DNA of 64,000 nucleotides from an uncultured Staphylococcaceae bacterium (lineage in GTDB: Bacteria; Bacillota_I; Bacilli_A; RFN20; CAG-826), in contig CAZSEU010000001.1 in assembly GCA_964606005.1 (NCBI GenBank), positions 8,983-72,982 of the forward strand, read 5' to 3'. Shown one piece after another: positions 1-10,633 of this stretch. The translations under genes were made by a program, and so were the position numbers. Within the stretch, counting starts at the first letter, position 1, and each line of letters starts with the position of its first letter. The notes beneath the pieces were generated by a model. It saw only the letters and a program-made list of their open reading frames with translations, was not told the DNA's origin and made no database searches.

Positions 1-1128
1 TTGGCCGTGGCTTTTGGTAAAAATATTAAGGGCGATGTCATCGCTGCTGATTTTGATGAATTCCCACACTTATTAATCGCTGGTTCAACTGGTAGTGGTA
101 AGTCCATTTTTGTAAACTCATTAATCGTCACCTTGATAATGCGCAATTCTCCAGATGATTTGAAAATCGTTCTTGTCGACCCAAAGAAAGTTGAAATGGC
201 GAGATTTAAAGATATGCCGCACTTATTATGCCCAATTGTTACTGATGCGACGGAAGCTAAATATTTAATCGAACAATTGTGCCAAGAAATGGAAGATCGC
301 TATGTTCTTTTCGCTGATAATGGCGTGACTAACATTAAAGAATTTAATGAAGATGCGCCAGGGCTTGGCCTAGCCAGATTACCTTATATAATTGTTGTTT
401 TAGATGAATACGCTGATTTAGTTGACCAGTGTAAAGATATTTCAATGCCAGTTGTTTCTTTGGCACAAAAAGCTAGAGCGTGTGGTATTCATTTAATGAT
501 TTCAACTCAACGTCCTTCTACTAATGTAGTTACTGGTGTTATTAAAGCGAATTTACCGACACACGTTGCATTAATGACTGCCTCAAGCGTCGATAGTATG
601 ACGATTATCGGAGAAGGTGGCGCCGAAAAACTAATTGGTAAAGGTGATATGTTAGTACAATCACCACTCGTTTCACGCGTTGGCGTGGTACGTTTACAAG
701 GCTGTTTCATTCATAGAAATGAAATTTCTCGTGTCGTTGGTTATTTAAAAGAACACTACCCAACTAACTATGATGATAAATTCTTAAATCTCACTGATAA
801 AGCTGAACAATCCGCTAATAGTGGTAGCGATTATGCTGGTGGACCGGAATTTAAAGAAACTGGTAATGCCGAAGAAGACCGTTATCAAGCCGTCAAAGAA
901 TGGGTGATGACCCAAGAATATATGTCCATTTCGCGTATTCAAAGAGAATGCGCAGTTGGCTTCAACCGTGCTGGTCGATTTTTCTTACGTTTACAAAGTG
1001 AAAACATTGTCGCAAATGAGACTGAAAGTAATCGTGGCTGCAAAGTACTAGTGCAGGATAAATTTTCACGCGGTGGAGGAGATGTTGTCACCAGTGATGA
1101 GTTGACCACTTTTCGGAGAAATAGTTAA
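1..1128 (+). CDS. ftsK: DNA translocase FtsK/SpoIIIE, C-terminal part (5'-partial at the window edge)
   Basis: Walker A 'GSTGSGKS'; motor-domain conservation; C-terminal winged-helix gamma domain '...SISRIQRECAVGFNRAGRFF...'. The ORF runs off the window start. Confidence 0.9.
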   Translation: MAVAFGKNIKGDVIAADFDEFPHLLIAGSTGSGKSIFVNSLIVTLIMRNSPDDLKIVLVDPKKVEMARFKDMPHLLCPIVTDATEAKYLIEQLCQEMEDRYVLFADNGVTNIKEFNEDAPGLGLARLPYIIVVLDEYADLVDQCKDISMPVVSLAQKARACGIHLMISTQRPSTNVVTGVIKANLPTHVALMTASSVDSMTIIGEGGAEKLIGKGDMLVQSPLVSRVGVVRLQGCFIHRNEISRVVGYLKEHYPTNYDDKFLNLTDKAEQSANSGSDYAGGPEFKETGNAEEDRYQAVKEWVMTQEYMSISRIQRECAVGFNRAGRFFLRLQSENIVANETESNRGCKVLVQDKFSRGGGDVVTSDELTTFRRNS

Positions 1129-3260
1129 TGACAAATTTAATACTCGCCAAACTAATCGATTGGCGGACCATCAATATCGTTTTTTTAGCTGACCTTTTGC
1201 TACATGAACCGCTCAATATCTCGCTTTATAAAAATGAGACGTTGATCGAACAAGTGACCATCTCCCCGAGTGAAGTCAGAGTGCGTGATTTTTGTTATCA
1301 ATTAAAGTTATTTGAAGACTTTGATTTGGATGCAAAATATCATTCAATTATTGGCAGCTTTCCTGCAATTTTAATCGATAATAGTTTAGCAATTGACTTT
1401 CCTAATTTCGACGAAAGATATGCTTATGACGGCGATGATTTAGGAGTTTCTTATTCGGCTAAACAAACCGTCTTTAAGTTGTGGGCACCTTTAGCTAGCT
1501 CAGTTAATTTAAAATTAATTTCTGGTGAAAAAGAGCAATCTATTCAAACGATGAAGCGCGTTGGGCATGGTGTGTTTGCTATTACCATCGATGAAGATTT
1601 ATTAAACTACAAATATCATTATGTTGTTACAAATAACGGAGTGACTAGAGAAGCTAATGATCCATATGGTAAGGCGGTAAGTTTAAATAGCGAATATTCA
1701 GTTGTGGTGGATTATGCTCGGCTATTAGAAATACCCAACGTTATTCCAAAATCCGAATTTAAGAATTATGTTGACGCAGTAATATATGAAACTCACATTC
1801 GCGACATCAACGAAGGTAACTATAACGACGTAGTTAACAAAGGGAAATACTTAGGATTCGTGGAAACGGGTCGTAAAACTAAAGGTGGTAATCCCGCGGG
1901 ACTTGATTATATCAAGTATCTTGGTGTGACTCACGTTCAAATTCAACCGATATTAGATTTTAAATCAGCAAACGATATAAACACCTCAAATTGGTATAAC
2001 TGGGGTTATGATCCTCTATCATTTTTTGCTTTAGAAGGTAGTTATTCCCTTAAGCCAGAAGTAGCAATGGAAAGACTTTATGAATTTAAAGAAATGGTTA
2101 ATAAACTACACGAAAATGATTTAAGACTAATTGTTGACGTTGTTTATAATCATCTTTATCAATACGAAGATAGTGATTTAGAAAAAATTGTCCCACATTA
2201 TTATTTTCGAAAAAATAAATCAGGACAACTAACTCACCATTCAGGTTGCGGTAATGATTTTGCAAGCGAACGCAAAATGGCACACAAACTAATTATCGAT
2301 AGTGTGAAGTATTTATTCACCTACTTTGATATTGATGGTTTACGTCTGGATTTAATGGGTTTATTAGATACAAAAACTGTGAAAACCATTTTTCAAGAAG
2401 CCAAAGCGCTTAAACCAAATGTTATCATTTTGGGCGAAGGCTGGCATATGGGCGAAGGTTCACTCCAAAAAGACTTAGCTAACAAAGGAAACGCTTTTGC
2501 TTTACCGGAAGTTGCTTTCTTTAATGATGCATATCGCGATATCATAAAAGGTCCATCAATGCATAATAATTTGCTTGAAAAAGGTTATATATGTGGTAAT
2601 GTTGATTATGTGTTTGGTGTGGATTATGCTTTCCATGCCTCTATTTTAAATTTATCTTATCAACCTGTATTTAGTTCCGCGAATCAGAGCGTTAATTACT
2701 TGGAATGCCATGATAATGCAACGCTTTATGATAAATTGTTAGTTTCTAACGCATCTGAGGACGAAGTGAGTTTATTAGAAAGAGTTTCTTTGGCTAATAG
2801 TATCCTACTTTTATCCTTCGGTATTCCCTTCGTTCACATGGGTCAAGAAATTGGCCAAAGCAAAGAAGGTCTCGACAATACGTATAAGACATTAAGAGTC
2901 AATAACCTTGACTACCGGCTTGTCGATCAACGATTCGATATGGTTAATCGTTTGCGCCTATTCAATATTTTGCGGAAGAAACTAGCTTACCCAAAACTCT
3001 TCGCTAAAGAAGAGCTGATGAATTTCTTTGAAATAGCGCATTGGCAAAATGGTATTTATGCATTAACCGCAAAAAACAAAAACGTCATCGCTAAGGAAAA
3101 AGAATTTATTATCTTGATTAATCCAACTAGTCGTAATATCACGTTTGAATTACCTGATTATTACGCGGTAGTTGAAGGGGCGATTAATAGCCAAGAGTTG
3201 AATGTTAAGAACGGCTTTCTTCCCAAAAGTAGCATTTTGCTATTATTTCTTAAGAAATAG
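1128..3260 (+). CDS. pulA: Type I pullulanase / GH13 debranching enzyme; no signal peptide, so probably cytoplasmic
   Basis: GH13 pullulanase signature 'YNWGYDP'; 'GLRLDLMG' region II; 'EGWHMGE' region. Start overlaps the ftsK stop (TAATG). Confidence 0.8.
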   Translation: MTNLILAKLIDWRTINIVFLADLLLHEPLNISLYKNETLIEQVTISPSEVRVRDFCYQLKLFEDFDLDAKYHSIIGSFPAILIDNSLAIDFPNFDERYAYDGDDLGVSYSAKQTVFKLWAPLASSVNLKLISGEKEQSIQTMKRVGHGVFAITIDEDLLNYKYHYVVTNNGVTREANDPYGKAVSLNSEYSVVVDYARLLEIPNVIPKSEFKNYVDAVIYETHIRDINEGNYNDVVNKGKYLGFVETGRKTKGGNPAGLDYIKYLGVTHVQIQPILDFKSANDINTSNWYNWGYDPLSFFALEGSYSLKPEVAMERLYEFKEMVNKLHENDLRLIVDVVYNHLYQYEDSDLEKIVPHYYFRKNKSGQLTHHSGCGNDFASERKMAHKLIIDSVKYLFTYFDIDGLRLDLMGLLDTKTVKTIFQEAKALKPNVIILGEGWHMGEGSLQKDLANKGNAFALPEVAFFNDAYRDIIKGPSMHNNLLEKGYICGNVDYVFGVDYAFHASILNLSYQPVFSSANQSVNYLECHDNATLYDKLLVSNASEDEVSLLERVSLANSILLLSFGIPFVHMGQEIGQSKEGLDNTYKTLRVNNLDYRLVDQRFDMVNRLRLFNILRKKLAYPKLFAKEELMNFFEIAHWQNGIYALTAKNKNVIAKEKEFIILINPTSRNITFELPDYYAVVEGAINSQELNVKNGFLPKSSILLLFLKK

Positions 3261-3271
3261 GAAGGAGATAT

Positions 3272-3553
3272 ATGATTAATACATTGACGATGATATGTCA
3301 AGCTTATCACACAATTGAAGGTTATCCTGAGTGCCGCTATATGAAGGTCGAAACCCGTGAATCGGTTGAAGAAAACTCTCATTATAGTAAAATACCTGTA
3401 ATGTATTGGGATCGGAGTAGTTCTAACCCATTACTAAAAGTGCCAAACGGCCATTTTGTGATTATTAGCGGACGCTTAGAAAACCATCCAGATTTTGGTC
3501 TATTGGTGCTCGTTGAACAGTTGCGCCATTTCCCATCTAATTTGAAAGATTAA
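3272..3553 (+). CDS. Small hypothetical protein (93 aa)
   Basis: ORF with an upstream GGAGA ribosome-binding site; no motif recognised, only a weak OB-fold/SSB-like resemblance. Confidence 0.4.
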   Translation: MINTLTMICQAYHTIEGYPECRYMKVETRESVEENSHYSKIPVMYWDRSSSNPLLKVPNGHFVIISGRLENHPDFGLLVLVEQLRHFPSNLKD

Positions 3554-3559
3554 AAATTT

Positions 3560-4354
3560 ATGTTTCATTATCCTAAAGCAATTTTAAGAGTTGGTCCACG
3601 CATTCTCGCAACCTATTTTTTCCTCATTAAAAAATGGGCAAAAAATCCTAAAAAATATCCTTTGACTCTAAAATCGAGCAAAATACGTGTTTTGATGAAA
3701 AAAATATCCGATGCTTTACAAGTCGATTTCCATGTTTTTGGTTTGGAAAATATTCCAAGTGATGAAAACTATTTCTTGGTTTGTAATCATATGTCGGGCT
3801 TTGATCCATTCCCTTTTTTAAGCATTGTGAATGGTCCGATTACTTTTGTTGGTAAAATCGAACTATTAAAAGCTCCATTTTTAGGTGCGACGATGCAAGC
3901 GATTGAAGTGTTACCGATGGAGAGAGAAAATCTCCGTCAATCACTAAAAGTGATGCAGACAGTCGAAGAAGACTTGAAAAAAGGTGTCAATAACTGGATG
4001 ATTTTCCCAGAAGGAACACGTATTCGCGATCAAATGTTACCGGTAGCACCTTTTCATCACGGCACTTTCCGTCCAGCGATGAAAGCGGGTGTAACGATTG
4101 TCCCGGCGGCCTCCTATGGCAGTTTTCGAGTCTTAAAAAACAAACCGCAATTTAAGCGCTATCCTGTTTTTGTTACTTTCTTAAAACCAATTAAACAAGA
4201 AGATTATCAAAAGTATACGACCGCTGATATGGCGGCTCTAACTCGTAAAATGATTCAAAAGGAAATTACATATCATTTAAGACCATTGGATCACGAAACG
4301 ATGAAAAAAAATCGTGAGAAAAACTATCGTTTTGATTTAATCATCACTCAATAA
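3560..4354 (+). CDS. plsC: 1-acyl-sn-glycerol-3-phosphate acyltransferase
   Basis: Acyltransferase motifs 'NHMSGFDP' (NHxxxxD) and 'FPEGTR'. Confidence 0.8.
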   Translation: MFHYPKAILRVGPRILATYFFLIKKWAKNPKKYPLTLKSSKIRVLMKKISDALQVDFHVFGLENIPSDENYFLVCNHMSGFDPFPFLSIVNGPITFVGKIELLKAPFLGATMQAIEVLPMERENLRQSLKVMQTVEEDLKKGVNNWMIFPEGTRIRDQMLPVAPFHHGTFRPAMKAGVTIVPAASYGSFRVLKNKPQFKRYPVFVTFLKPIKQEDYQKYTTADMAALTRKMIQKEITYHLRPLDHETMKKNREKNYRFDLIITQ

Positions 4355-5625
4355 AACTTTTTGCGTAAACCTTTGGGTAAGCGGTTTTTTATAATCCGAC
4401 CATCGCTCTTAGCGATATCAATCGTTAACCCATTAAAGGTTAATAAAACATAACCTTTAGGAATAACACGCAAAATACTTTCCCCTTGATAGTACTTTCT
4501 TACTTCTTCTTCAAGTAGTGGACATACGAAAGAAAAATCTTTTATGAAACGCGCGTAGTGGATATCGTAACGAATTTCATTTTTATCGATTTGTCCGACT
4601 TTTACGCCGTGACGGATAATGTTTAACCCTTTTAAATTAATGGCTTTATCTTGTAAATACAAATACTGACCATACTCAGCGAAGAAAGTGTATCCTTGAG
4701 CATTCAACTTATAAGGCAAAGGACTTTTGTTTTCGTTTCTTAAATTAGGACGAAGCAGTCCTTTTTTCTTTATTAAACAAAGATAATGACCTTCTCCAGG
4801 AAATAAGTTAGGAAATAAATGCGCTCCATAAGGAAGAGTGTTATCCACAAAAAACAAAGGATGAGTGATAGGAAGCAATTCCGCGTCATACTGGGCTAAC
4901 AAAGAAGCAACTACTTCTTCGTTTTCTTCATAGGAATATGAACAGGTCGAATAAACCATCGTGCCACCAGGCTTGAGCATGCCATAAGCCATGGCAATTA
5001 AGGATTGTTGAATTTCGGCAAATTTAAGTACTTTTTGGATTGACCAATCTTCCGCCATTTTTTTATCTTTTCGAAACATTCCGCTGCCCGAACAAGGAGC
5101 ATCGACAATGATTTTATCAAAGTAATTTTGATAGCGATCGGCAATTAATGAGAAATCGTTATTGGTAATAATTAAGTTGCCGCGTCCTAAACGTTCGGCA
5201 TTTTCTAAAAGCGCTTGAGCTCTACTATAGGAGATGTCATTAGCAATAATAACACCCGTATTTTGCATCAAAATAGACGCTTGGAGCGATTTTCCTCCTG
5301 GGGCCGCACATAAGTCTAAGATTGTTTCGTTTGGTTCGGGAGCAAGTAAATATGAAACAACCATCGCGCTTGGTTCTTGCAAATAAAAGCAACCTAGTTC
5401 ATGATATATACTCCGCCCTAAATCATAGTCTTCTTTATTATAAAGAAAGCCATTAGGCACGATTGGGTGTGGAGTTAGCTTTGGATAAATACTTAATAAA
5501 GTAGAAGCATCCATCTTTTCGACATTGAGCAATAGAGCATTAGTGCTTGGTAAAGATAAACTATCCATGAGTTGGGTAAGTTGCTCTTCATTTAGATACT
5601 TTCTTAAATGTTCTACAAATTCCAT
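4348..5625 (-). CDS. rRNA (cytosine-C5) methyltransferase, RsmB/RsmF (NOL1/NOP2/Sun) family
   Basis: SAM-binding motif 'DLCAAPGGKS'; catalytic 'DAPCSGSGM' and 'YSTCS' motifs. Confidence 0.8.
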   Translation of the reverse strand: MEFVEHLRKYLNEEQLTQLMDSLSLPSTNALLLNVEKMDASTLLSIYPKLTPHPIVPNGFLYNKEDYDLGRSIYHELGCFYLQEPSAMVVSYLLAPEPNETILDLCAAPGGKSLQASILMQNTGVIIANDISYSRAQALLENAERLGRGNLIITNNDFSLIADRYQNYFDKIIVDAPCSGSGMFRKDKKMAEDWSIQKVLKFAEIQQSLIAMAYGMLKPGGTMVYSTCSYSYEENEEVVASLLAQYDAELLPITHPLFFVDNTLPYGAHLFPNLFPGEGHYLCLIKKKGLLRPNLRNENKSPLPYKLNAQGYTFFAEYGQYLYLQDKAINLKGLNIIRHGVKVGQIDKNEIRYDIHYARFIKDFSFVCPLLEEEVRKYYQGESILRVIPKGYVLLTFNGLTIDIAKSDGRIIKNRLPKGLRKKFY

Positions 5626-5698
5626 CGCTCTTATTTTAGCAAATAATCATGCAAAAAATGTCATTTTTTATGTTATATTTATTGGGAGGTAACCTTAT

Positions 5699-7006
5699 AT
5701 GCGCATGGTCGACTTAATAATTAAAAAACGTGAGGGTTTAGCTTTAAACAAAGAAGAAATTGCTTTTTGGATTTCTGGATATGTAAAAAATGAAATCCCA
5801 GACTACCAAACTAGTGCGATGTTAATGGCGATTATATTTCAAGGGATGACCGAAGAAGAAGTAATAAATTTAACATCCTTAATGGAACATTCTGGCCAAA
5901 CCCTAGATTTAAGTGTGCTAAAAGGCGTCAAAGTCGATAAACATTCTACTGGTGGTGTGGGTGATAAAACCTCCTTAGTTTTAGGACCGATGGTCGCTGC
6001 CTGTGGTGCGACGGTCGCAAAACTGAGTGGTCGTGGTTTAGGCCATACCGGTGGCACTTTAGATAAATTAGAGTCAATTCCTGGTTTTAACGTGCAAATT
6101 AATGGTGACCGCTTTGTCAAACAAGTGAACGATATCGGTATTATTTTAGCTGGTCAAACAGCTTCTTTAGTGCCGGCTGATAAAAAAATGTACGCGCTTA
6201 GAGATGTAACGGGCACAGTTGAATCTATTCCTTTAATTGCCGCTTCAATTATGTCAAAAAAATTAGCGGCGGGCACCGATACAATTTTACTTGATGTTAC
6301 TGTTGGTAAGGGTGCCTTCATGAAAGATATTAAGCAAGCTCAAACCTTAGCCAAATTAATGGTTAAGATTGGCAAAGGTTTAATTCGTGATACAAGAGCC
6401 GTTTTATCGAATATGGATGAACCTTTAGGTTTTGCCGTAGGTAATGCTTTAGAAGTTAAAGAAGCGATTGCCGCTTTAAAAGGAAATGGTCCGGAAGACT
6501 TAATGGAACTATGTTATACATGTGGTAGCATAATGCTTATGCAAGCTAATCTTGCCTCTTCTTATAAAGAAGCTAAAGCAAAACTTGAAAAAGTTATTGC
6601 TGATGGAACCGCTTTTGACTTATTTGTCAAAATGGTCGCGGCGCAAGGTGGAGACACAGCCTATATCTTAAACCCTGAAAAATTCATAGTTGCGGACAAA
6701 ATTATACCCGTTAAAGCAAAAGAGAGTGGTTATATTAAAGCCATTGACGCCTTAGAAATCGGCGTTTCTTCAATGCGATTAGGCGGCGGAAGAGCGACGA
6801 TTGAAGATGTGATTGATATGTCCGCAGGTATATTGTTAAATAAAAAGGTTGGCGACAAAGTCGAAAGTAACGAAGCGCTATGTTACTTACACACCAATAA
6901 GGATGATAAAGAAATTGCATCAATTATGGTTGAGGTAGAAAAAGCCTTTGTCATCGACCCTAATTTCGTTGCCAAACACAAAGTTATCTTGGAGATTATT
7001 GAATAA
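5699..7006 (+). CDS. pdp: Pyrimidine-nucleoside (thymidine) phosphorylase
   Basis: 'HSTGGVGDK' phosphate-binding signature; full-length similarity to the Pdp/DeoA family. Confidence 0.85.
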   Translation: MRMVDLIIKKREGLALNKEEIAFWISGYVKNEIPDYQTSAMLMAIIFQGMTEEEVINLTSLMEHSGQTLDLSVLKGVKVDKHSTGGVGDKTSLVLGPMVAACGATVAKLSGRGLGHTGGTLDKLESIPGFNVQINGDRFVKQVNDIGIILAGQTASLVPADKKMYALRDVTGTVESIPLIAASIMSKKLAAGTDTILLDVTVGKGAFMKDIKQAQTLAKLMVKIGKGLIRDTRAVLSNMDEPLGFAVGNALEVKEAIAALKGNGPEDLMELCYTCGSIMLMQANLASSYKEAKAKLEKVIADGTAFDLFVKMVAAQGGDTAYILNPEKFIVADKIIPVKAKESGYIKAIDALEIGVSSMRLGGGRATIEDVIDMSAGILLNKKVGDKVESNEALCYLHTNKDDKEIASIMVEVEKAFVIDPNFVAKHKVILEIIE

Positions 7007-7458
7007 TGAGAATTGTCCTGACCACTGTTAAAGAAGCTTCTGTAACGATTGATAATAAAATTTATTCTTCTATAGGAAGAGGCTTTTGTTTGTTAGTGGG
7101 TTTTACCCATACCGATAATGAAGTCGTGGTTGATAAAATGATCGATAAACTATTAGCACTTCGCGTTTTTATGGATGAAAAAGGTTTAACGAATCTTTCA
7201 ATTTATGACGTTAAAGGTGAAATTATGTCGGTTAGTCAATTCACCCTTTACGCTGATTTAGCTAAAGGCAGAAGACCTTCTTTTACTAACGCAATGCGTC
7301 AAATAGAAGCCGAAGCATTATACTTATATTTTAATCAAAAATTAAGTGAAAAGTTTGGTCCGATTGCGAGTGGAATTTTTGGGGCAGACATGTTAGTGAG
7401 TAGTGTTAATGATGGCCCCTTTACCGTCTTATTAGATAGTGAGGAATTAGTTAAGTAA
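7006..7458 (+). CDS. dtd: D-aminoacyl-tRNA deacylase
   Basis: 150 aa; 'SQFTLYAD' and C-terminal 'NDGPFT' motifs typical of Dtd. Confidence 0.9.
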   Translation: MRIVLTTVKEASVTIDNKIYSSIGRGFCLLVGFTHTDNEVVVDKMIDKLLALRVFMDEKGLTNLSIYDVKGEIMSVSQFTLYADLAKGRRPSFTNAMRQIEAEALYLYFNQKLSEKFGPIASGIFGADMLVSSVNDGPFTVLLDSEELVK

Positions 7459-8591
7459 TGAAAGTTTTACTTGGTCTTTCCGGTGGTGTCGATAGCGCTG
7501 TTTCCGCCTATTTACTATTAAAAGCTGGTCACGAAGTAACGGGCTGTTTTATGCGTAACTGGGATGCTTTAGCAAATAATGATTACTTAGGTAACCCAAC
7601 TATTTTTAACGACCAATGCCCTCAAGAAAAAGATTATGATGATGCGAGAAAAGTCGCTGATAAATTAGGTATCTCTTTATTAAGGATTGACTATGTTAAA
7701 CAATACTGGGACAACGTTTTTACTTATTTGATTCGTGAATATGAAAATGGTAGAACACCAAATCCTGATGTATTTTGCAATAAATATGTGAAGTTTGGCC
7801 CTTTTTTAGATTTCGCTAAGAAAAATGGCTTTGATGCGATTGCTATGGGCCATTACGCTAAACGCGTTGATGAAGATGGAGTAGCGTACTTACTTAAAAG
7901 TTTTGATAAAAATAAAGATCAAACTTATTTTTTAAGCCAAATAAATCAAGATCAACTATCTTTTTGCTTATTTCCACTTGGCGATATTGATAAAAGCGAA
8001 GTAAGACGCATTGCTCATGAACTTGATTTAGCCAGTGTCATGGATAAAAAAGATAGTACGGGCATATGTTTTATCGGCGAAAGAAACTTCAAAGAATTTT
8101 TAAAAAACTATATTCCTGCGACAAAAGGAAACATTGTTGATGTTACTTCAAAACGTGTCTTAGGTGAGCATGAAGGAGCGATGTATTACACAATTGGTCA
8201 AAGAAAAGGACTTGGCATCGGTGGCATTCATGGCGAAGTCGCTAAGGGTTGGTTTGTCGTCGATAAAGATATAAAACAAAATATTGTTTATGTCGCTAGT
8301 GGCGATGAAAACGATTATCTATATAGTGTTGGTTGTACCGTTTCTCAGTTAAACTGGATTAGCAAAAAACCAGAACTTAACAAAGTGTACCAAGCAAAAT
8401 TCCGCTATCGTCAAGCCGATAACCTAGTAAAAATTATCAAATTAGATGACGAACAAATGGTTTTAGAGTTTGTTGGTAGTATTAAAGCGGTCACTCCTGG
8501 GCAAGCTGCTGTTATCTATGAAGGTGACATTTGTTTGGGTGGTGGCATCATTGATGTGATTGATAAAAACCAAACCCAATTGAAAGATTAA
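7458..8591 (+). CDS. mnmA: tRNA-specific 2-thiouridylase MnmA
   Basis: PP-loop 'LSGGVDSAV'; catalytic-Cys region 'CFIGE'; overlaps the dtd stop (ATGA). Confidence 0.9.
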   Translation: MKVLLGLSGGVDSAVSAYLLLKAGHEVTGCFMRNWDALANNDYLGNPTIFNDQCPQEKDYDDARKVADKLGISLLRIDYVKQYWDNVFTYLIREYENGRTPNPDVFCNKYVKFGPFLDFAKKNGFDAIAMGHYAKRVDEDGVAYLLKSFDKNKDQTYFLSQINQDQLSFCLFPLGDIDKSEVRRIAHELDLASVMDKKDSTGICFIGERNFKEFLKNYIPATKGNIVDVTSKRVLGEHEGAMYYTIGQRKGLGIGGIHGEVAKGWFVVDKDIKQNIVYVASGDENDYLYSVGCTVSQLNWISKKPELNKVYQAKFRYRQADNLVKIIKLDDEQMVLEFVGSIKAVTPGQAAVIYEGDICLGGGIIDVIDKNQTQLKD

Positions 8592-8821
8592 ATTTTACAA
8601 TTCCAACGGAACTGTTTTTTAAGAAAATTGGCAATAATTGCAATAAGTTATGAAACTGTTGGATTTAGTTAATTAGTAAAAGCCATCGATAAAATCCGAT
8701 ATTGATACAAAGTCAGTATCGTTTTTTGTTTGATTGAACGAGAGTTATTTTCAAATTCAAGATTTGTTTAGTACAAAAACATGCTAATATGAAAGAAACA
8801 AAATGAATATGAGTTTTCAAA

Positions 8822-10522
8822 ATGAAGTTTAAACATATTTTAATGGCTTTATTATTATCTGTAACTTTAAGTGGCTGTCAAAAATCAAAATCATATACCG
8901 TCACATGGAAAAATTATGATGGCTCAGTTCTTGAAATTGATGAACACGTTTCATATGGAACAATTCCCTCCTATGATAAAGCAACACCGACAAGAGAAGA
9001 TGATGAAGACACTTCTTATTCATTTTCGGGTTGGAGTCCTAGTGTGACGTTTGTTAATGGTGATCAAATATACACAGCGCAATTTGTTAATACTTGTTTA
9101 GAGTTTTCACTTAGTGATGACCAAAATTCATATAGTGTGACATGTCGTTCTGATGCCGACCCAATTAGTGTTGAAATTCCTTCCACCTATTTAGGAAAGC
9201 CCGTCACCAGCCTTGGCGAAGAAGCATTCTATAATTGCAAATCCCTGACATCCATTCAAATTCCCGACAGCGTCACCAGCATTGGTGATTCTGCATTTTT
9301 AGGCTCTCCATCCCTATCATCGATAAATGTAACTGATAACAATAGTTACTTTTCATCTATTGATGGCATTTTATTTAACAAGAATAAAACAACTTTAATC
9401 AAGTATCCAGGTGCAAAGTTGGAAAACGTTTTTGTGATTCCTGATAGCATCACCAGCATTGGCGATTCCGCATTCGAAAATTGTCCATCCCTTACATCTA
9501 TCACAATTCCTGACGGAGTCACCAGCATTGGCGAATGGGCATTCTCATTTTGTTCTTCTTTAATATCAATTGTGATTCCCAATAGCGTCACCAGCTTTGG
9601 TAATTATGCATTCCTATATTGCGAATCCCTAACATCGATTGTGATTCCGAATAGCCTCACCAACATTGGCAATTATGCATTCTTGGGTTGCATCTCCCTT
9701 TTATCCATCGATATTCCAGACAGTGTCACCAACATTGGCGAATGGGCATTATATAATTGCGAATCACTAACATCTGTCACAATTCCTGATGGTGTCACCA
9801 GCATTGGCAATTATGCATTCTCAGGATGTTCATCTCTAACCTCAATCGATATTCCTGATGGTGTCACCAGCATTGGCCATTCTGCATTCAGAGACTGCGA
9901 ATCCTTAGTATCCATCGATATTCCTGATGGTGTTACCAGCATTGAGTTCCAGTTATTCTATGATTGTGTATCCCTAACATCACTCAATATTCCCGATAAT
10001 GTCACGAGCATTGGCAATTATGCATTCTCAGGATGTTCATCCCTAACATCAATCGATATTCCCGATGGTGTAACCAATGTTGGTAATTCTCCATTCTCAG
10101 GTTGCACCTCCCTAACATCAATAAATGTAAATAATGATAATAGTAACTATTCATCCGTTGATGGCGTTTTATTTGATAAAAACAAAACAACATTAATCAA
10201 GTATCCATGTGTAAAGTTAGAAAACATTTTTGTGATTCCGGGCAGTGTCATCAACATTGGTAATTCCGCATTCTCAGGATGTGTATCCCTAACATCTGTC
10301 ACAATTCCTGACAGTGTCACCAACATTGGTAATTCCGCATTCTCAGGATGTGAATCCCTAACATCGATCAATATTCCCGATAGTGTCACCAATATTGATA
10401 ATGCTGCATTCCGTTATTGTACATCCCTTACCATATACGCTGAAGCAAGTAGTAAGCCATCTGGATGGAGCGATAAATGGAATTCTAGTAATCGCCCAGT
10501 CGTGTGGGGTTATGGTGGTTAA
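8822..10522 (+). CDS. Surface lipoprotein with about 18 tandem BspA-type leucine-rich repeats (LRR_5-like)
   Basis: Signal peptide with lipobox 'LSGC'; about 23-aa repeat 'SLTSIxIPDSVTSIGNYAFSGC' iterated through the protein. Confidence 0.8.
   Translation: MKFKHILMALLLSVTLSGCQKSKSYTVTWKNYDGSVLEIDEHVSYGTIPSYDKATPTREDDEDTSYSFSGWSPSVTFVNGDQIYTAQFVNTCLEFSLSDDQNSYSVTCRSDADPISVEIPSTYLGKPVTSLGEEAFYNCKSLTSIQIPDSVTSIGDSAFLGSPSLSSINVTDNNSYFSSIDGILFNKNKTTLIKYPGAKLENVFVIPDSITSIGDSAFENCPSLTSITIPDGVTSIGEWAFSFCSSLISIVIPNSVTSFGNYAFLYCESLTSIVIPNSLTNIGNYAFLGCISLLSIDIPDSVTNIGEWALYNCESLTSVTIPDGVTSIGNYAFSGCSSLTSIDIPDGVTSIGHSAFRDCESLVSIDIPDGVTSIEFQLFYDCVSLTSLNIPDNVTSIGNYAFSGCSSLTSIDIPDGVTNVGNSPFSGCTSLTSINVNNDNSNYSSVDGVLFDKNKTTLIKYPCVKLENIFVIPGSVINIGNSAFSGCVSLTSVTIPDSVTNIGNSAFSGCESLTSINIPDSVTNIDNAAFRYCTSLTIYAEASSKPSGWSDKWNSSNRPVVWGYGG
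9180..10440 (+). repeat. Tandem, roughly 69-nt coding repeats (LRR units) inside the lipoprotein gene
   Basis: Near-identical nucleotide units, e.g. '...attcc(c/t)ga(c/t)agtgtcaccagcattgg(c/t)aatt(a/c)tgcattctcaggatg...', recur many times. The antisense ORFs at 9346..9591 and 10147..10392 are mirror artefacts of these repeats. Confidence 0.8.
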
Positions 10523-10633
10523 TTTCCACTAATACAATACTTCCTTCGTTTAATCTAGGCGAACTGCAAAGCGAACAATAAACCAATAAAAAAAACAATA
10601 GTTTTTGATATATATTTATGCTAAATTGATTTT

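Noticed and set aside
3272-3553. SSB-like/OB-fold interpretation of the 93-aa ORF between pulA and plsC
   Set aside because: There is only a vague pattern resemblance ('VIISGRLE...LLVLVEQL') and none of the SSB aromatic stacking residues could be identified confidently.
8592-8821. Terminator or ncRNA in the mnmA to LRR-gene intergenic region
   Set aside because: There are only short 4-bp hairpins ('ttcc-aac-ggaa') with T-runs, too weak to call. A possible extended -10 'TGcTAATAT' at 8782..8790 was noted but is not strong enough to list.
9346-10392. Minus-strand ORFs 9346..9591 and 10147..10392 inside the LRR gene; also considered whether the tandem repeats could be a CRISPR array
   Set aside because: The repeats are in-frame coding LRR units of about 69 nt with no unique spacers, and the antisense ORFs are mirror images of the repeats, so neither is a gene nor a CRISPR.
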